Assembly (NCBI RefSeq): GCF_001194135.2
Contig: NC_068982.1
Location: 47,165,303-47,210,209, forward strand
Direction: 5' to 3'
DNA from: Octopus bimaculoides
Taxonomy: Eukaryota
Length of the DNA stretch: 44,907 nt
Position numbers and translations under genes: made by a program. Below are positions 1 to 11,404 of this stretch, piece after piece (within the stretch, counting starts at the first letter, position 1; every line of letters starts with the position of its first letter). The notes under the pieces are model-generated. The model was not told the DNA's origin. It searched no databases and saw nothing but the letters and a program-made list of their open reading frames with translations.

Positions 1-332
1 ACCATCTTGAGCGTGACCGTTGCCAGTACCGCCTGACTGGCCTTAGTAGGGCTTTCGAGCGAGATCGTTGCCAGTGCCCCTGGACTGGCTCTTGTGCGGG
101 TGGCACATAAAAGACACCATTTCGAGCGAGGCCGTTTTCGTGCGGGTGACACGTAAAAGCACCCACTACACTCTCTGAGTGGTTGGCGTTAGGAAGGGCA
201 TCCAGCTGTAGAAACTCTGCCAAATTAGATTGGAGCCTGGTGTTGCCATCCGGTTTCACCAGTCCTCAGCCAAATCGTCCAACCCATGCTAGCAAGGAAA
301 GCGGACGTTAAACGATGATGATGATGATGATG
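1..332 (+). mobile_element. (GAT)n-tailed repeat, 3' UTR of an RTE-type LINE (family A), young subfamily copy
   Basis: Carries the ...ggaagggcatccagctgtagaaac...aacccatgctagc...gacgttaaacgatgatgat signature. Near-identical to the reverse copy at 44690-44907. Confidence 0.8.
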
Positions 333-635
333 ATTCTTCCATGGGGAAATATTACCATCCTTGATAACAGGTGAGGGTTTGCAACAGTAAAGACATCTGA
401 CTGTAGAAAAACTACTTCAATAAAGAAAAAAAAAATTTCCAATTGACCCATGCAAGCATAGAAACTGGATGTTAATTGATGATGATGATGATGATAACAT
501 TAAACAAATCTGTCACACAACCATGAACACCCCACTCCAAATCGTAATACACATTCAAACCACTATGCGCAATCACCACATTACTTACAAACCTAACATT
601 ACAAATATACAATGAATGCAGCAACAAAAATTCCA

Positions 636-838
636 GTATGCCAAAGGTGATGTTTCTATGTGGTTGCTGAACCTATAAGAAATATCAGTCAGAACTCCAT
701 TAAATCACATCTTGCTATCTTAGAAAAGGATATGTTGAATGTGGTTTGAGGTTTCTTGCATGTAAGGAACAGATGAGATGGTCACAGGTAAATAACTTTT
801 ATCATAAGTCCTGCTGGATCAGAATTGACCTGGAGTTA
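636..838 (-). repeat. Dispersed repeat (family C)
   Basis: Shares tgtgatttgaggg..gctatttctagcagg and ccaggtca..ctgat..agcagacctatgat blocks with copies near 5760, 8990, 15700, 23800, 25360, 36050-36230, 37410 and 39930-40270. Confidence 0.6.
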
Positions 839-854
839 ATCCTTTCTTTTCTTT

Positions 855-1280
855 TAATGTCCGTTCTTCATGCTAGCATGGGTTGGACGGTTTACAAGGA
901 GTTGGACAGCTGAAGGGTTGCCTGGGCTACATTCGTCTGTTTTGGCATGGTTTCTATGGCTGGATGCTCTTCTTAACACCAACCAGAGTGAACTGGGTGC
1001 TTTCATGTGGTACCGGCATGTGCGCTTTTGTATGGCACCAGTGAACCCACAAGACTAGGATCTCTTGGCTGAGAGAGGGATGTAGAGGACATACCTGTAT
1101 GCATGGACAGCCACAATTTTACTTAGCTTGGCGTGTCTTCTCAAGCACAGCAAATCACTGTAAGTGTCAGTCTCTTGTCATCTCTTCTGTGAAGCCTAAC
1201 ATCGAAAGATCCTTTCTCACCACTTCATCCTATGTCTTCCTGGGTCTGCCCTTTCTACACATTCTCTCCACAATTAAATA
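855..1280 (-). mobile_element. 5'-truncated RTE LINE 3' end (ORF C-terminus plus family A UTR)
   Basis: Minus translation GRPRKT*DEVVRKDLSMLGFTEEMTRD...AVLEKTRQAK* followed by the family A UTR. Confidence 0.75.
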
Positions 1281-1378
1281 ATGACAAAATCTTCGCATAT
1301 GCATTATTCTGAATGCCATTTATATCAGCAAAGCTATCAGTTCCAATTCCTGTTGTCTGCTCATACATAGATACTTAC

Positions 1379-1404
1379 CACCACCAAGAGAAATGACAAA
1401 ATAT
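1379..1404 (-). CDS. Candidate short exon (minus strand)
   Basis: ttttcctgcag|ATATTTTGTCATTTCTCTTGGTGGTG|gtaagta has strong splice signals. It joins 5725-5749 without a stop (MAISSFYGYFVISLGG or MDILSFLLVV). Confidence 0.2.
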
Positions 1405-1817
1405 CTGCAGGAAAACTACTTGTCATACTGCCAAGCCTATGCAGTGTTACAACAACATAGGGAGAGGCTGCACCCTCCCTAATGGAGTACCATGAGGATC
1501 TATCGTTTTATGCACTCCTTTCAGCCATAGACTCTCCACACCATCTCAAAGGACGTACAAACAGTTTTATATGTAGATAACAAACTCACAACCTTCTATC
1601 ATTCTTCACACAGAACTCTCCAACCATACTTAAATTACCAAGAAATCTGGCTCCACATCAAATAGTGCCCTATGAAGTATATTATCTTTCTTCTTAACAA
1701 TAACATTAGAGACCAAATAAAACTAACACTCAAAATCAAAAATATCAACATACCATAAACACAGAAGACAAAAATACTAGGAGTGATATACATCTCTTCC
1801 ACAGAAGCCATAGCAAA

Positions 1818-2160
1818 TCATCATCATCATCATCATTGTCATCACCGTCATCATCATTTAATGTCTGTTTTTCATGCTGGCATGGGTTGGATGGTTTGAC
1901 AGGAACTGACCAGATGAACAGCTGCCCAGGCTCCACATCTGTTTTGGTGTGGTTTCTATGGCTGGATGCCCTTCCTAATGCCAACCACTTTACAGAGAGT
2001 ACTGGGTGCCTTTACACAGCACTGGCACGGGTGCTTTTATGTGGCATCAGCACCCACAATAACAGCTGAAGAGGGATGTAGGGAACATGCCTGTATGCAA
2101 GAATAACCACAATTTTACTTAACATGTCTTCTCAAGCACAAACAAGTACCAAATTTGGCA
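1818..2160 (-). mobile_element. Family A (RTE 3' UTR) copy
   Basis: (tca)n tail then catgggttggatggtttgac...ggatgcccttcctaatgccaaccac...tcttctcaagcac. Confidence 0.75.
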
Positions 2161-2254
2161 AACGGAAACAACAATGATACACAAGGTGTTTGGGCTAGAA
2201 ATAAAAGTATTTCAAATAATTAAAAAAGATCAACTAGATTATGGTTGAGTTAAC

Positions 2255-3120
2255 TTAAAGTAGCCACCCTCAGCTTCCACCAAGACAAATCCAGAACTTA
2301 GCACATGATTTCTTTACTGTGTCCTTAGAAAGATCTTCCGTCACTTCCTTTGTCTTGGCCACCAGCTTGACCTTGGTGTTGCTGGCAGAGTGTCTGTTGT
2401 CTTTCTCAATTGTTCCTCACATATTCATGGGATTACAACTGGAGGAATTAGGAGGCTAGAAATTGTAGAAATTCTCCAACAACCACTTTTGACACTATCT
2501 GGAGGTATGACAAGGAGCCGAAACCTGCTGCCACATATATGACTTTCTAATAGCAACTATCTCAAGCCTGAGTTTTACCACAGTCGCCAGCAGCTTCACA
2601 TAGCCATCTGAATTGAGCCTAAGGCCTTGTTCTAAAAGATGCAGGGTGACATGATGCCACCTTCACTGGAGACACACCCAAAGACTATCACAGTTTTGAA
2701 GAACTTCGTTTCCATGACATGTGGGACATCACATGGATTGTAGGCAAGCCATCTGTTTTGGGTTTTGTGCAACTGGTCCTGGCAGAAGTTCTTTACATCT
2801 GAGAAGAACCAGATTATCTCCAGCTCAACAGGAGATTGTTCAAGAGCTTCTTTTCCCTCATCAAGAGATTCTCCTTGGCCTTGGCTGTTAGAATTTGTTG
2901 CTTGCACCTTTTGAATGAATGGTAGGGAAGGTCTTCATTCAGGGCCAGCTACATGGTAACAACTCCAACACCCATCTCTCTCACCAAAGCCTGAATTCCC
3001 TGGCTTAGATCTTCCATCACCTTGTCCTGCAGCTGTTGGATGAATTCTGGCATGCAGACACAGTAAGAATGCCTGATGTATTCCTTCTTGCTGACCACAG
3101 ATTTGTAGTCTCTAAGATAG
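2255..3120 (-). mobile_element. Decayed Tc1/mariner-superfamily (maT/DD37D-like) transposase
   Basis: Minus frames give PEFIQQLQDKVMEDLSQGIQALVREMGV (HTH-like), WFFSDVKNFCQDQ, VIVFGCVSSEGGIM, WQQVSAPCHTS, PPNSSSCNP, with stops and frameshifts. Same family as 22966-23425. Confidence 0.85.
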
Positions 3121-3957
3121 CCAAGGACATGTGTAGGTTTGAAAGAAATGAAGCCAGTATGCTTCACTGGATGTGTAATGTCAGTGTGCATGTTTGACAG
3201 AGTGTAAGCATCTTGAGAGAAAAGTTAGGCATAAGAGGCATCAGATGTGGTGTGCAAGAGGGACAAATGTGCTGGTGTGGTCATGTGATGCATATGGACA
3301 AGGAGAGCTGTGTAAAGAAGTGCTGCTCTCTAACTATGGAGGGAACCTGTGATAGAGTTAGACCCAGGAAGACATGAGACGAAGTGATGAAGCATGATCT
3401 TCGAACTTTGAGCCTCACAGAGGCAATAACTAGTGACCGAGACTTTGGCGATATGCTGTGCTTGAGAAGACCCAACAAGCCAAGCGAAATTGTAGTCATG
3501 GCTGCTGCTGGTGTCATGTAACTGGCATCCGTGCTAGTGGCATGTGAAGAGCACCTTTCGAGTGCTGGGCCTCACGGAGGCAAAGTAGCTGAGTTCCTTT
3601 CAAGCGTTGGGCCTCACAGAAGTGAAGTGGTTGAGTTCCTTTTGAGTGTTGGGCTTCATGGAGGCAATGACTGAGACCTCTGGCATTATGTTGTGCTTGA
3701 GAAGAAAACCCATCAAGCCAAGCAAAATTGCAGTTGTGGTAGATACTGCTGTCATGCAAATGGCACCTGCGCCAGTGGCATGTAAAAGCACCCAACATTA
3801 CACACTCAGAGTAGTTGGTATTAGGAAGGGCATCCAGCTGTAGAAAACCATGCCGAATCAAACTGGAGTCTGGTGCAGTCATCCAGCTTACCAGCCCTGG
3901 TCAAACCGTCCAACCCATGCCAGCATGGACAACAGACATTAAATGATGATGATGATT
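3121..3957 (+). mobile_element. 5'-truncated RTE LINE: ORF C-terminus, 3' UTR and (GAT)n tail
   Basis: Translation ERNEASMLHWMCNV..LREKLGIRGIRC..CWCGHVMHMD..RPRKT*DEVMKHDL matches the RTE-clade C-terminus (RLRWYGHV..RGRPRKTW pattern). It runs directly into the family A sequence. Confidence 0.85.
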
Positions 3958-4916
3958 GCAGTTGTCCAAGTCACATCGTTTAGTCTTTTCAGAGTTCACC
4001 AAGCATTGATCAGCAGTCATGATGTCAGCATTTTGATACCCAGGGTAAATCATCATGATACAGGTTATTCTCTTCCAATATTCAGATGGCTTCCAGTCCT
4101 CTATATCAGCAACCTTAGTCTTTATGCTCTCTAGCACAGCTGACTGGTCACCAATACATCAAGCTATTCCTGAAAACAAGAGACGTAAATAGCCATCAAA
4201 TTTAGCCCAATCACCCTGTACACAAAATCCATGGACTATACTTGCCCTACTCCAGTATCTCAACAAAAACCACATTAAACTACCAAGACAATAAAACTGT
4301 GCACAATGCATCATAACATGTTGTACACAGACACCCATAGGTGACCAACACATGAAAACAAAAACTGGTACTTGCATGGTTGGTCAAGCCGGACACCCTG
4401 GTAATATACAGTAAAACAATAACATCAAGTATCAGCAAACTCACTGGATGAGGAAGGCTGTTTTTATTGATGTGTGAGGCAATTCACTGCTACATACACA
4501 CACAACTATATCATCCCTTTATCATCTAGAATTGTGTTTTTTTAACTTATCACTATTAAAAAACACAAATCTTTAATACAGAATAGTGATTTTTTTTTTT
4601 TTAGTGATGGATTTCCAGGTAAATACCAAAGTTGATACCCTCTCTGTTTGGCTCTACCACCAGGTTATGTAATGTACAGTCTGGTGCTACAATCCCTAGT
4701 CCCTTTGTCAATATATAAAAAAATAATCATTTTCACGCATACACATTTAGAACATCCCAGTGTACCACCACTACTACTACTAATAACAATAATAATCCAT
4801 TCTATTGAAGGCACAAGGCCTGAAATTTGGGAAGAAGGGACTAGTCGATTGCATCGACCCCAGTGTTTCACTGGTACTTTATCGACTCCGAAAGGATGAA
4901 AGGCAAAATCGACTAC

Positions 4917-5110
4917 TACTAATAATAATAATAATAATAATAATAATCGCCCGTCGAAGTCGATGATTAGGACATCGCATGGGAGAAGATAGATTACAGT
5001 ACATCAGGGTGTGGCCGATCAGGCTGATGCATGGTCGGAAGGTGCTGCCACCGGTCGGGCATTGGTGGTCTGCTGGGAAGGAACTCAAGGAGTTGGCTCT
5101 AGACTTGCAC
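4917..5110 (-). mobile_element. RTE-BovB-like LINE 3' end with decayed C2H2 finger and (ATT)n tail
   Basis: Minus translation REKCKSRA..CPTGGSTFRPCISLIGHT resembles the CPTCGRTFRARIGLISH motif. It is followed by catcgacttcgacgg and an (att)n tail. Confidence 0.6.
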
Positions 5111-5724
5111 TTCTCACGTTTTCTTTATGATCCTAGGATTCTAAATACAGTGTCTCATCCAGGACAAGCATGAGGAACACAGAAATTGCATCCTCACTGG
5201 TCAGTGACCAACAGTTAAGTGCAAAAGAACAGCTACTGATTCTGTATAAACGAATCCACCTAGAGATCCTCAGCTGTCAATACCACTAGAATCTACATGT
5301 GGAAATAGACAGGACAATAGAGGATGCAATATGATCATACGGTCCCACACTGCTCCATAAAATTAATCAATACATGCGTACGTAGGACTGATCAGTCAAG
5401 GAAGACCTGGAACATACACAAGAATGACGGAGCTTCTGCGTGGTCGTTAGACCTGCTAGAAATAGCAGTCAAATCTTCCTTAAATTACACTGTACTAACC
5501 TGGGACTGAGGATCATACGGAATCACGTAGTCCTAGGTACACTGTTGTCAATAAACCGACGTGATTACCACGACAGGTATATCTTTGATCATCGATCTGC
5601 TTGTTCAGGAGAAAACTGGGATGTATCCCTACACCGTGGCTCAACAAAGAGCAAGTATCCATCAAATCACACCCAACAGTCATATACAAGGGTATGATAC
5701 ATCAGATAATATAGTTTTACATAC

Positions 5725-5749
5725 CCATAAAAAGATGAGATGGCCATTT
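5725..5749 (-). CDS. Candidate short exon of a divergently transcribed gene, containing an ATG
   Basis: Minus strand reads ttccag|AAATGGCCATCTCATCTTTTTATGG|gtatgt, with canonical acceptor and donor. It encodes MAISSFYG, or M-G/D from the later ATG. No homology recognised. Confidence 0.3.
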
Positions 5750-5989
5750 CTGGAATATATTTAATCATAGGTCTGCTCGAACTGAGTTGACCTAGAGTTA
5801 AATAACAACAACTAGTAAGGCATGTTTGTGTTTATATTCGTTTAGTCAATTATTAATAATATAATAAATGTACTTCGGATAAAATTATCGTTTTCAGATT
5901 TAAGCTAGGTAGAATTAAATATATATTTATATTATATAATTATATTTATAATAAGCTTAATCTAAACATCAACATAAACTATCACAACG

Positions 5990-6216
5990 TGGTTTACCTT
6001 ACCGCTTACCGGAAGTTAAGCGAGATATGAGAGAGCGCCACCTAACGGAACAGTGTGTAACAAAGAGCAAAGCAGTAGGACGACACAAGTTAGTATATTG
6101 ACTAGCAAGGGTATGCATGGGGGGACCGTGATTTTTTCGGAGGATAGCTTGCAAGGAATAACAGAAAAAAACAACAATTCCTAATGCTTTGAAGCGTCTG
6201 TAGTAACGGCCTGGAA
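5990..6216. promoter_or_regulatory. CpG-containing promoter / 5' region of the MBOAT7-like gene, possibly bidirectional
   Basis: Local CpG enrichment next to an AT-rich tract. ETS/GABP-type CCGGAAGT at 6009-6016. CTCF-like GCGCCACCTAACGG at 6035-6048. Minus-strand donor-like gtaagc/gtaagg/gtaaac motifs near 5995-6010. Confidence 0.5.
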
Positions 6217-6434
6217 ATGAGTATGCCCTTAGATGATATCGTCTACGTAACGTTACTGTTACTATCCATACCATTTGGACATGTGGTGAAGGTAACGCGA
6301 AGTGCAGTGGGCAAAAGGGCCCTTACTGGTGTGGTGGGGGCTATTATGGCTCTGTTGATTTGTCGTCTGCATATAATACATTCTCTCATTACCACCACTG
6401 TCAACTGCCTCATCGTCAAATTGCTTCCTGGAAA
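6217..6434 (+). CDS. MBOAT7: First coding exon of lysophospholipid acyltransferase 7 (MBOAT7/LPIAT1-like)
   Basis: Translation MSMPLDDIVYVTLLLLSIPFGHVVKVTRSAVGKRALTGVVGAIMALLICRLHIIHSLITTTVNCLIVKLLPGK aligns by eye with the MBOAT7 N-terminus as recalled (MSPEEWTYLVVLLISIPIGFLFKK...GLTLFTCGPHTLHSLVT). It ends at a canonical donor GAAA|gtgagt at 6435 in phase 2, followed by T-rich intron. Confidence 0.85.
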
Positions 6435-7099
6435 GTGAGTTATGTTTGTTTGTTTGTTCTTTTTTTGTTGTTTCTATTATATAATTATCTACGTTGACTT
6501 TTATTTATATTTATCACGTTTTCTCTTTTTTCCTTTGATTTTTACCGGAATTTCAGAAAGTATCTGCACCTACCGAACACGAGGAACTCGGTTTAATATA
6601 TGACGTTTGTATGCACGTTCAATAGCGGGCGATGCAAAAGAAAATAAAAAAATTATTAAATTATAGATGTTTGTCATATTAATTATTGTAATTAAACAGT
6701 TTCGAGTGTATATATGTATATATATATATGTATGTATTCGTAACATGGTTTGATATTTAGATTTCACAAGGCATGTTTAAAAACTGCAAGGTACTTTGGC
6801 GGCATAGTTGTAGCTCTTATTTAGTTATATATAATTTCCTAGTCACACGAACGTGTTAGTTAAGAACACATCTCTTTATAATGATTGTTAAAAGTTGTTG
6901 CTGCATATCTTTTCAGGCATATTATTTTCCTCTCATTCTGATGATGACGTTCGTTTTATTTTTTTCTTACCTGGAATGTGAGACCAGGAACAAGAGCACA
7001 GTCATGTATCTAATATTTGTTGTTATCGACACCACACCTATTGAGGAACTCAAAATACTTCATTTTCTGCTAGTTTCTTAAATGAAAGTTCTAACACTA

Positions 7100-7119
7100 A
7101 CACACACACACACATACAT

Positions 7120-7150
<31 letters not shown>
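7100..7150. repeat. Compound (CA)n/(TACA)n/(TA)n microsatellite
   Basis: Directly visible. Confidence 0.9.
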
Positions 7151-8036
7151 CCAACTTACTTTTAAAACCTGTCTTATAGGTCAGATCCAAACGCCCCGAT
7201 TAAATATACAAAATTCAATTGAAATAATGTACACTCCTCTAGATATATAAATATTTGTTAACATTAACAGACAGTACCGACCTGTCTACGGGTTGTGTGC
7301 ATGTGTCCGTGTGTACGCCTTTTACATTAATAAGATTTTTATTTCTAAAAACACACGAAATAACGGGTTTAATGTTTCTTTTTTAATTCTATTGTTTAAA
7401 TATAATTATTTATTTGTGGATACCTCGTATCCACAAATCGATCGTTTATACTGATTTCTAAATGCGATTAATCATGTGTTTAGAGGAAATCGGAGATATC
7501 GAGTAGGTGAGAAGACGCCTTCGCCAGTTGCATGCGTTTTTAAATCACTGTCTCGAAAAGTGATCGGAATTTCTTGTCTCCTCTTTTTTTTTTCTTCTTT
7601 CTTTCACTTTCGTCTCCTGTTTTAATTGATTCCTTTCTTCTTTCTTTCCTTCTTTTACCTTTTCGTTTATTTATTCATTTTCCATCATATTTTCATTGAT
7701 GACTTTATCTATACATGCTGCTAACTTTTAAAATTGCTTTTGTAAATTGTCTTAGTGACTGTTCATTTCGATATGTTTGGTGTCTTCGATAACCCTTTTG
7801 TCTTTCCACTGTAATTCTTACTTTTTTTTTTTTTTTAATTCTTGCCAATAACGAATAATCAAACTTTTGTACTTCTTTTTCGCTTTAGATATAGATTTCC
7901 TTGTTCCCATTGTCTGTGATTATTTGTATTTATTTATTTCCATTTTGTCTTGAATGGTTTCCCCCCACCCATCCACCTTAGCTTTCTATAACAATAACAG
8001 CAACCTCCCAAATCGATTCGATTAGACATGCAACAC

Positions 8037-8574
8037 NNNNNNNNNNNNNNNNNNNNNNNNNNNNNNNNNNNNNNNNNNNNNNNNNNNNNNNNNNNNNNNN
8101 NNNNNNNNNNNNNNNNNNNNNNNNNNNNNNNNNNNNNNNNNNNNNNNNNNNNNNNNNNNNNNNNNNNNNNNNNNNNNNNNNNNNNNNNNNNNNNNNNNNN
8201 NNNNNNNNNNNNNNNNNNNNNNNNNNNNNNNNNNNNNNNNNNNNNNNNNNNNNNNNNNNNNNNNNNNNNNNNNNNNNNNNNNNNNNNNNNNNNNNNNNNN
8301 NNNNNNNNNNNNNNNNNNNNNNNNNNNNNNNNNNNNNNNNNNNNNNNNNNNNNNNNNNNNNNNNNNNNNNNNNNNNNNNNNNNNNNNNNNNNNNNNNNNN
8401 NNNNNNNNNNNNNNNNNNNNNNNNNNNNNNNNNNNNNNNNNNNNNNNNNNNNNNNNNNNNNNNNNNNNNNNNNNNNNNNNNNNNNNNNNNNNNNNNNNNN
8501 NNNNNNNNNNNNNNNNNNNNNNNNNNNNNNNNNNNNNNNNNNNNNNNNNNNNNNNNNNNNNNNNNNNNNNNNNN
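8037..8574. other. Assembly gap
   Basis: Run of N. Confidence 1.
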
Positions 8575-9350
8575 TCAGTGAGTAAAATAATATTGATTTC
8601 TAACACAGGCACAAGGCCATTCATTTTGGGAGGAGCAGTATAGTCGATTAAAACGACCCTGTTATGAAATAAAATGTGTGGTGACTCGCACTTTATTTTA
8701 TTAAAGACGAAGTTGATTTCCGCGCGATTTAAACTTAGGACGTAAAGAACTGTAACTAAATAAACACCTCGGGGTTATCTTGTGCGACTCTCTAACAATT
8801 CAGTTAATCGACCAAAATAGTGTTTACGAAAATATCCAAGAATAATAAAGATTTCTTTGAACTAACTGTTACGGCAAATTATTAAGAAGGTGGAACATAG
8901 TCGATGAACTAGGTGCTAATTGTTATTGTTTAATCCAAACATAGTCGATGAATTGAGTTCTAATTGTTATTATTTAACCCAGTCAGTTTTGACTGAGCAG
9001 ATCTATGCTAAAATACAGCCCATCCATGACGGTCCTGCCTCATACATAGTGTACCTGAGCTACGTTATCCAATTATTTTTTTCTATAAAAAATGACAGGT
9101 GGCCCGGCTTTTATTGCTAACAGGTCAAGCTACCTTGCAAGAACATTAGCAGAGAACCTGTTTCTACACCAGGAGTGAATTACAAGTACATACGAAACTG
9201 GGGCATGTGGTGATGGTGGTGGGGCACATCTGAAGGGAGAAAAAATACTTAACCTTTAATTTTACAAATTCATAGGTAAGCTGCTTATATCAAATCATTG
9301 TTTTGGTCTTAAGGCTTAGACAAATTTCTTTTTCCTTTTAAATTTTGAAG

Positions 9351-9424
9351 GACTTCATCAATGAACAGTTTCACCTTTGAATGCATACAAAGTTTTACCT
9401 GTGGACTAGGGATTTTGTCTCATT
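9351..9424 (+). CDS. Candidate cassette exon (phase 2 to phase 1), unidentified
   Basis: tttttccttttaaattttgaag|G...CATT|gtaagt. The only open frame (TSSMNSFTFECIQSFTCGLGILSH) is the one compatible with the phase-2 donor of MBOAT7 exon 1, but it does not resemble MBOAT7 exon 2. Confidence 0.2.
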
Positions 9425-9699
9425 GTAAGTGGCTGAGTATTCTGCAGTCAAATATATCATGACAGTATGTGATAAGGCTGGACATGTGAATTACAAGTAC
9501 ATTCCATATGATTGGTTTCTGCACAATTTCTGGGTACTCTATTTCATTCACAAAGCTTGGGTTAATCTGAGGTTATAAGAGTAAATGACACTTGCCCAAG
9601 ATGCCATCCAGCTGGATCAAACCGGAGACCTTGTGGGTGTGAAGAAGCCTTCTTAACTGTTTGACCATGCAACATTGGTGTTGTAAACACTCAACTACA

Positions 9700-9955
9700 T
9701 CTTCATCATTTATAGTGTCCATTTTCCATGCTAGCATGGGTTAGACAGTTTGACCGGAACTGGTAAGCCAGAGAGCTGCACCAGACTCTAGTCTGTTTTA
9801 GTTTGGTTTCCATGACTGGCTGCCCTTCCTAATGCCAACCACTCCACAGAGTGTACTGGGTGTCTTTTATATGTCACTAGCATGGGTCCCTCTTATGTGT
9901 CACTGGCACAGGTGCTTTTAATGTGTCACTGGCATGGGTACCTATTAACAAGTTT
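9700..9955 (-). mobile_element. Family A copy with internal ~27 bp tandem units
   Basis: ccatgctagcatgggttagac...cccttcctaatgccaaccac, then three tatgtgtcactggcatgggt-like units. Confidence 0.75.
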
Positions 9956-10482
9956 TCTAATTCAAAAAAGGTTCAGCCATGGGTGATAGATAGCTGAATC
10001 AGTGGAGAGTTGAACAAAATACCTTATGATATATGGTCGCATCCCCCTGCAATCTAAATTCACATCCCACTGAAGTCAACAGCTTTCCCAGGTCAATAAA
10101 ATAAGCACCAGTTAAGAACTGGCGCTGATGTAATTGACTATATCTTTGATAGCCACAGTGTAGTGACTGACGCAAACAAAATGATATTCTGTTACACTAG
10201 CATACTGGTGAGTTGTGATAGCAAATTACTATCAGTTTAGATAGTTTTTGGGGTTTTTTTTATTTGTTAGCCACATAAGGAAATTAGGGATGTCCATGAC
10301 TTTTGCAAGCCTTTCCAAACTGGTGAGATTAATGTGGTTGATCTTCTGTCAGATCAACATACACTGGTGTCCTGGTGTGAGCAGAGAGGAAACATCAGAG
10401 GATTGGGATTCCTGAATAGAATGATTAGAGAACTTGTTTACTATCAGATCTAATAGATGAGATATAGTAGAGATGGAGTGGA

Positions 10483-10858
10483 GGTGCAATGGCCCAGTGG
10501 TTAGGGCAGCGGACTCGTGGTCACAGGATCGCAGTTTCGATTCCCAGACCAGGTGTTGTGAGTGTTTATTGAGCGAAAACACCTAAAGCCCCACGAGGCT
10601 CCGGCAGGGGATGGTGGCGAACCCTGCTGTACTCTTCCACCACAACTTTCTCTCACTCTTACTTCCTGTTTCTGTTGTGCCTGTAATTCAAAGGGCCAGC
10701 CTTGTCACACTGTCACGCTGAGTATCCCCGAGAACTATGTTAAGGGTACACGTGTCTATGAATTGCTCAGCCACTTGTACGTTAATTTCATGAGCAGGCT
10801 GTTCCGTTGATCGGATCAACTGGAACCCTCGACATCGTAAGCGACGGAGTGCCAACAC
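10483..10858 (+). mobile_element. Full-length tRNA-derived SINE (family D) with target-site duplication
   Basis: A box TGGCCCAGTGG and B box GTTTCGATTCC. Flanked by agtagagatggagtg (10466-10480) and agtagagatggtgtg (10859-10873). Confidence 0.85.
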
Positions 10859-10904
10859 AGTAGAGATGGTGTGAGGTGGAGAGAAGGAGATCATCATTAT
10901 CATT

Positions 10905-11200
10905 TAGCATTCATTTTCCATGCTAGCATGGGTGATATGGTTTGACTGGAGCTTGTAAGCCAAAGAGCTGTACCAGGCTCCAGTCTGTTTTGGCTTGGTT
11001 TCTACAGCCGGATGCCTTTCCTAATGCCAACCACTCTACAGAGTGTACTGGGTGTCTTTTACAGTAGACTTTTACATGTAACTGGCACAGGTACCTTTTA
11101 TGTGTCACTGGTACGAGTGCCTTTCATGCATTGGCCACGACTATGATTTCATTTAGCTTAATGTGACTTCTCAAGCACAGCAAATTAGCAAAAGTTTTGG
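10905..11200 (-). mobile_element. Family A (RTE 3' UTR) copy
   Basis: Same signature, extending to ttctcaagcacagc. Confidence 0.75.
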
Positions 11201-11404
11201 TCATTTGTCCAGTTAGTTCAGAGGAGAAGTTATTATAATAGTTTAGAAAAGATGAACAGACTGTGGAGAGAAAAAATACTAAACTTTTAATTTTACAAAT
11301 TGGTCAAAAGGCTTAGACCAATTTTTTTTTTTCCTCTTTTAAATTTTGAAGGACTTCATCGATGAAAAGCTTCACCTTTGAATGCAAGCAAAACTTTACC
11401 TCAT

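Noticed and set aside
1745-1984. ORFs with poly-Asp or poly-Ser/Ile tracts (also 21292-21613)
   Set aside because: Translations of the (GAT)n tails of family A repeats.
6111-6203. Possible 5' UTR intron (gtatgc...ctgtag) before the MBOAT7 ATG
   Set aside because: The interior is A-rich with no polypyrimidine tract, so it is unsupported without transcripts.
6917-7081. Acceptor ttttcag at 6916 as MBOAT7 exon 2
   Set aside because: The required phase-2 frame stops after KHIIFLSF. The open frame has the wrong phase and no MBOAT7 similarity.
8022-8624. Long ORFs of 80-307 aa in the ORF track over N runs (also near 12100-12600, 21968-22891, 33162-33595)
   Set aside because: Artefacts of translating assembly gaps.
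9860-9950. Short repeated units as a CRISPR-like array
   Set aside because: Eukaryotic context, no unique spacers, and the units are internal to an RTE 3' UTR.
10483-10560. tRNA-like sequence with A and B boxes
   Set aside because: It is a SINE head. It continues into a repeat body with a TSD and has no acceptor stem.
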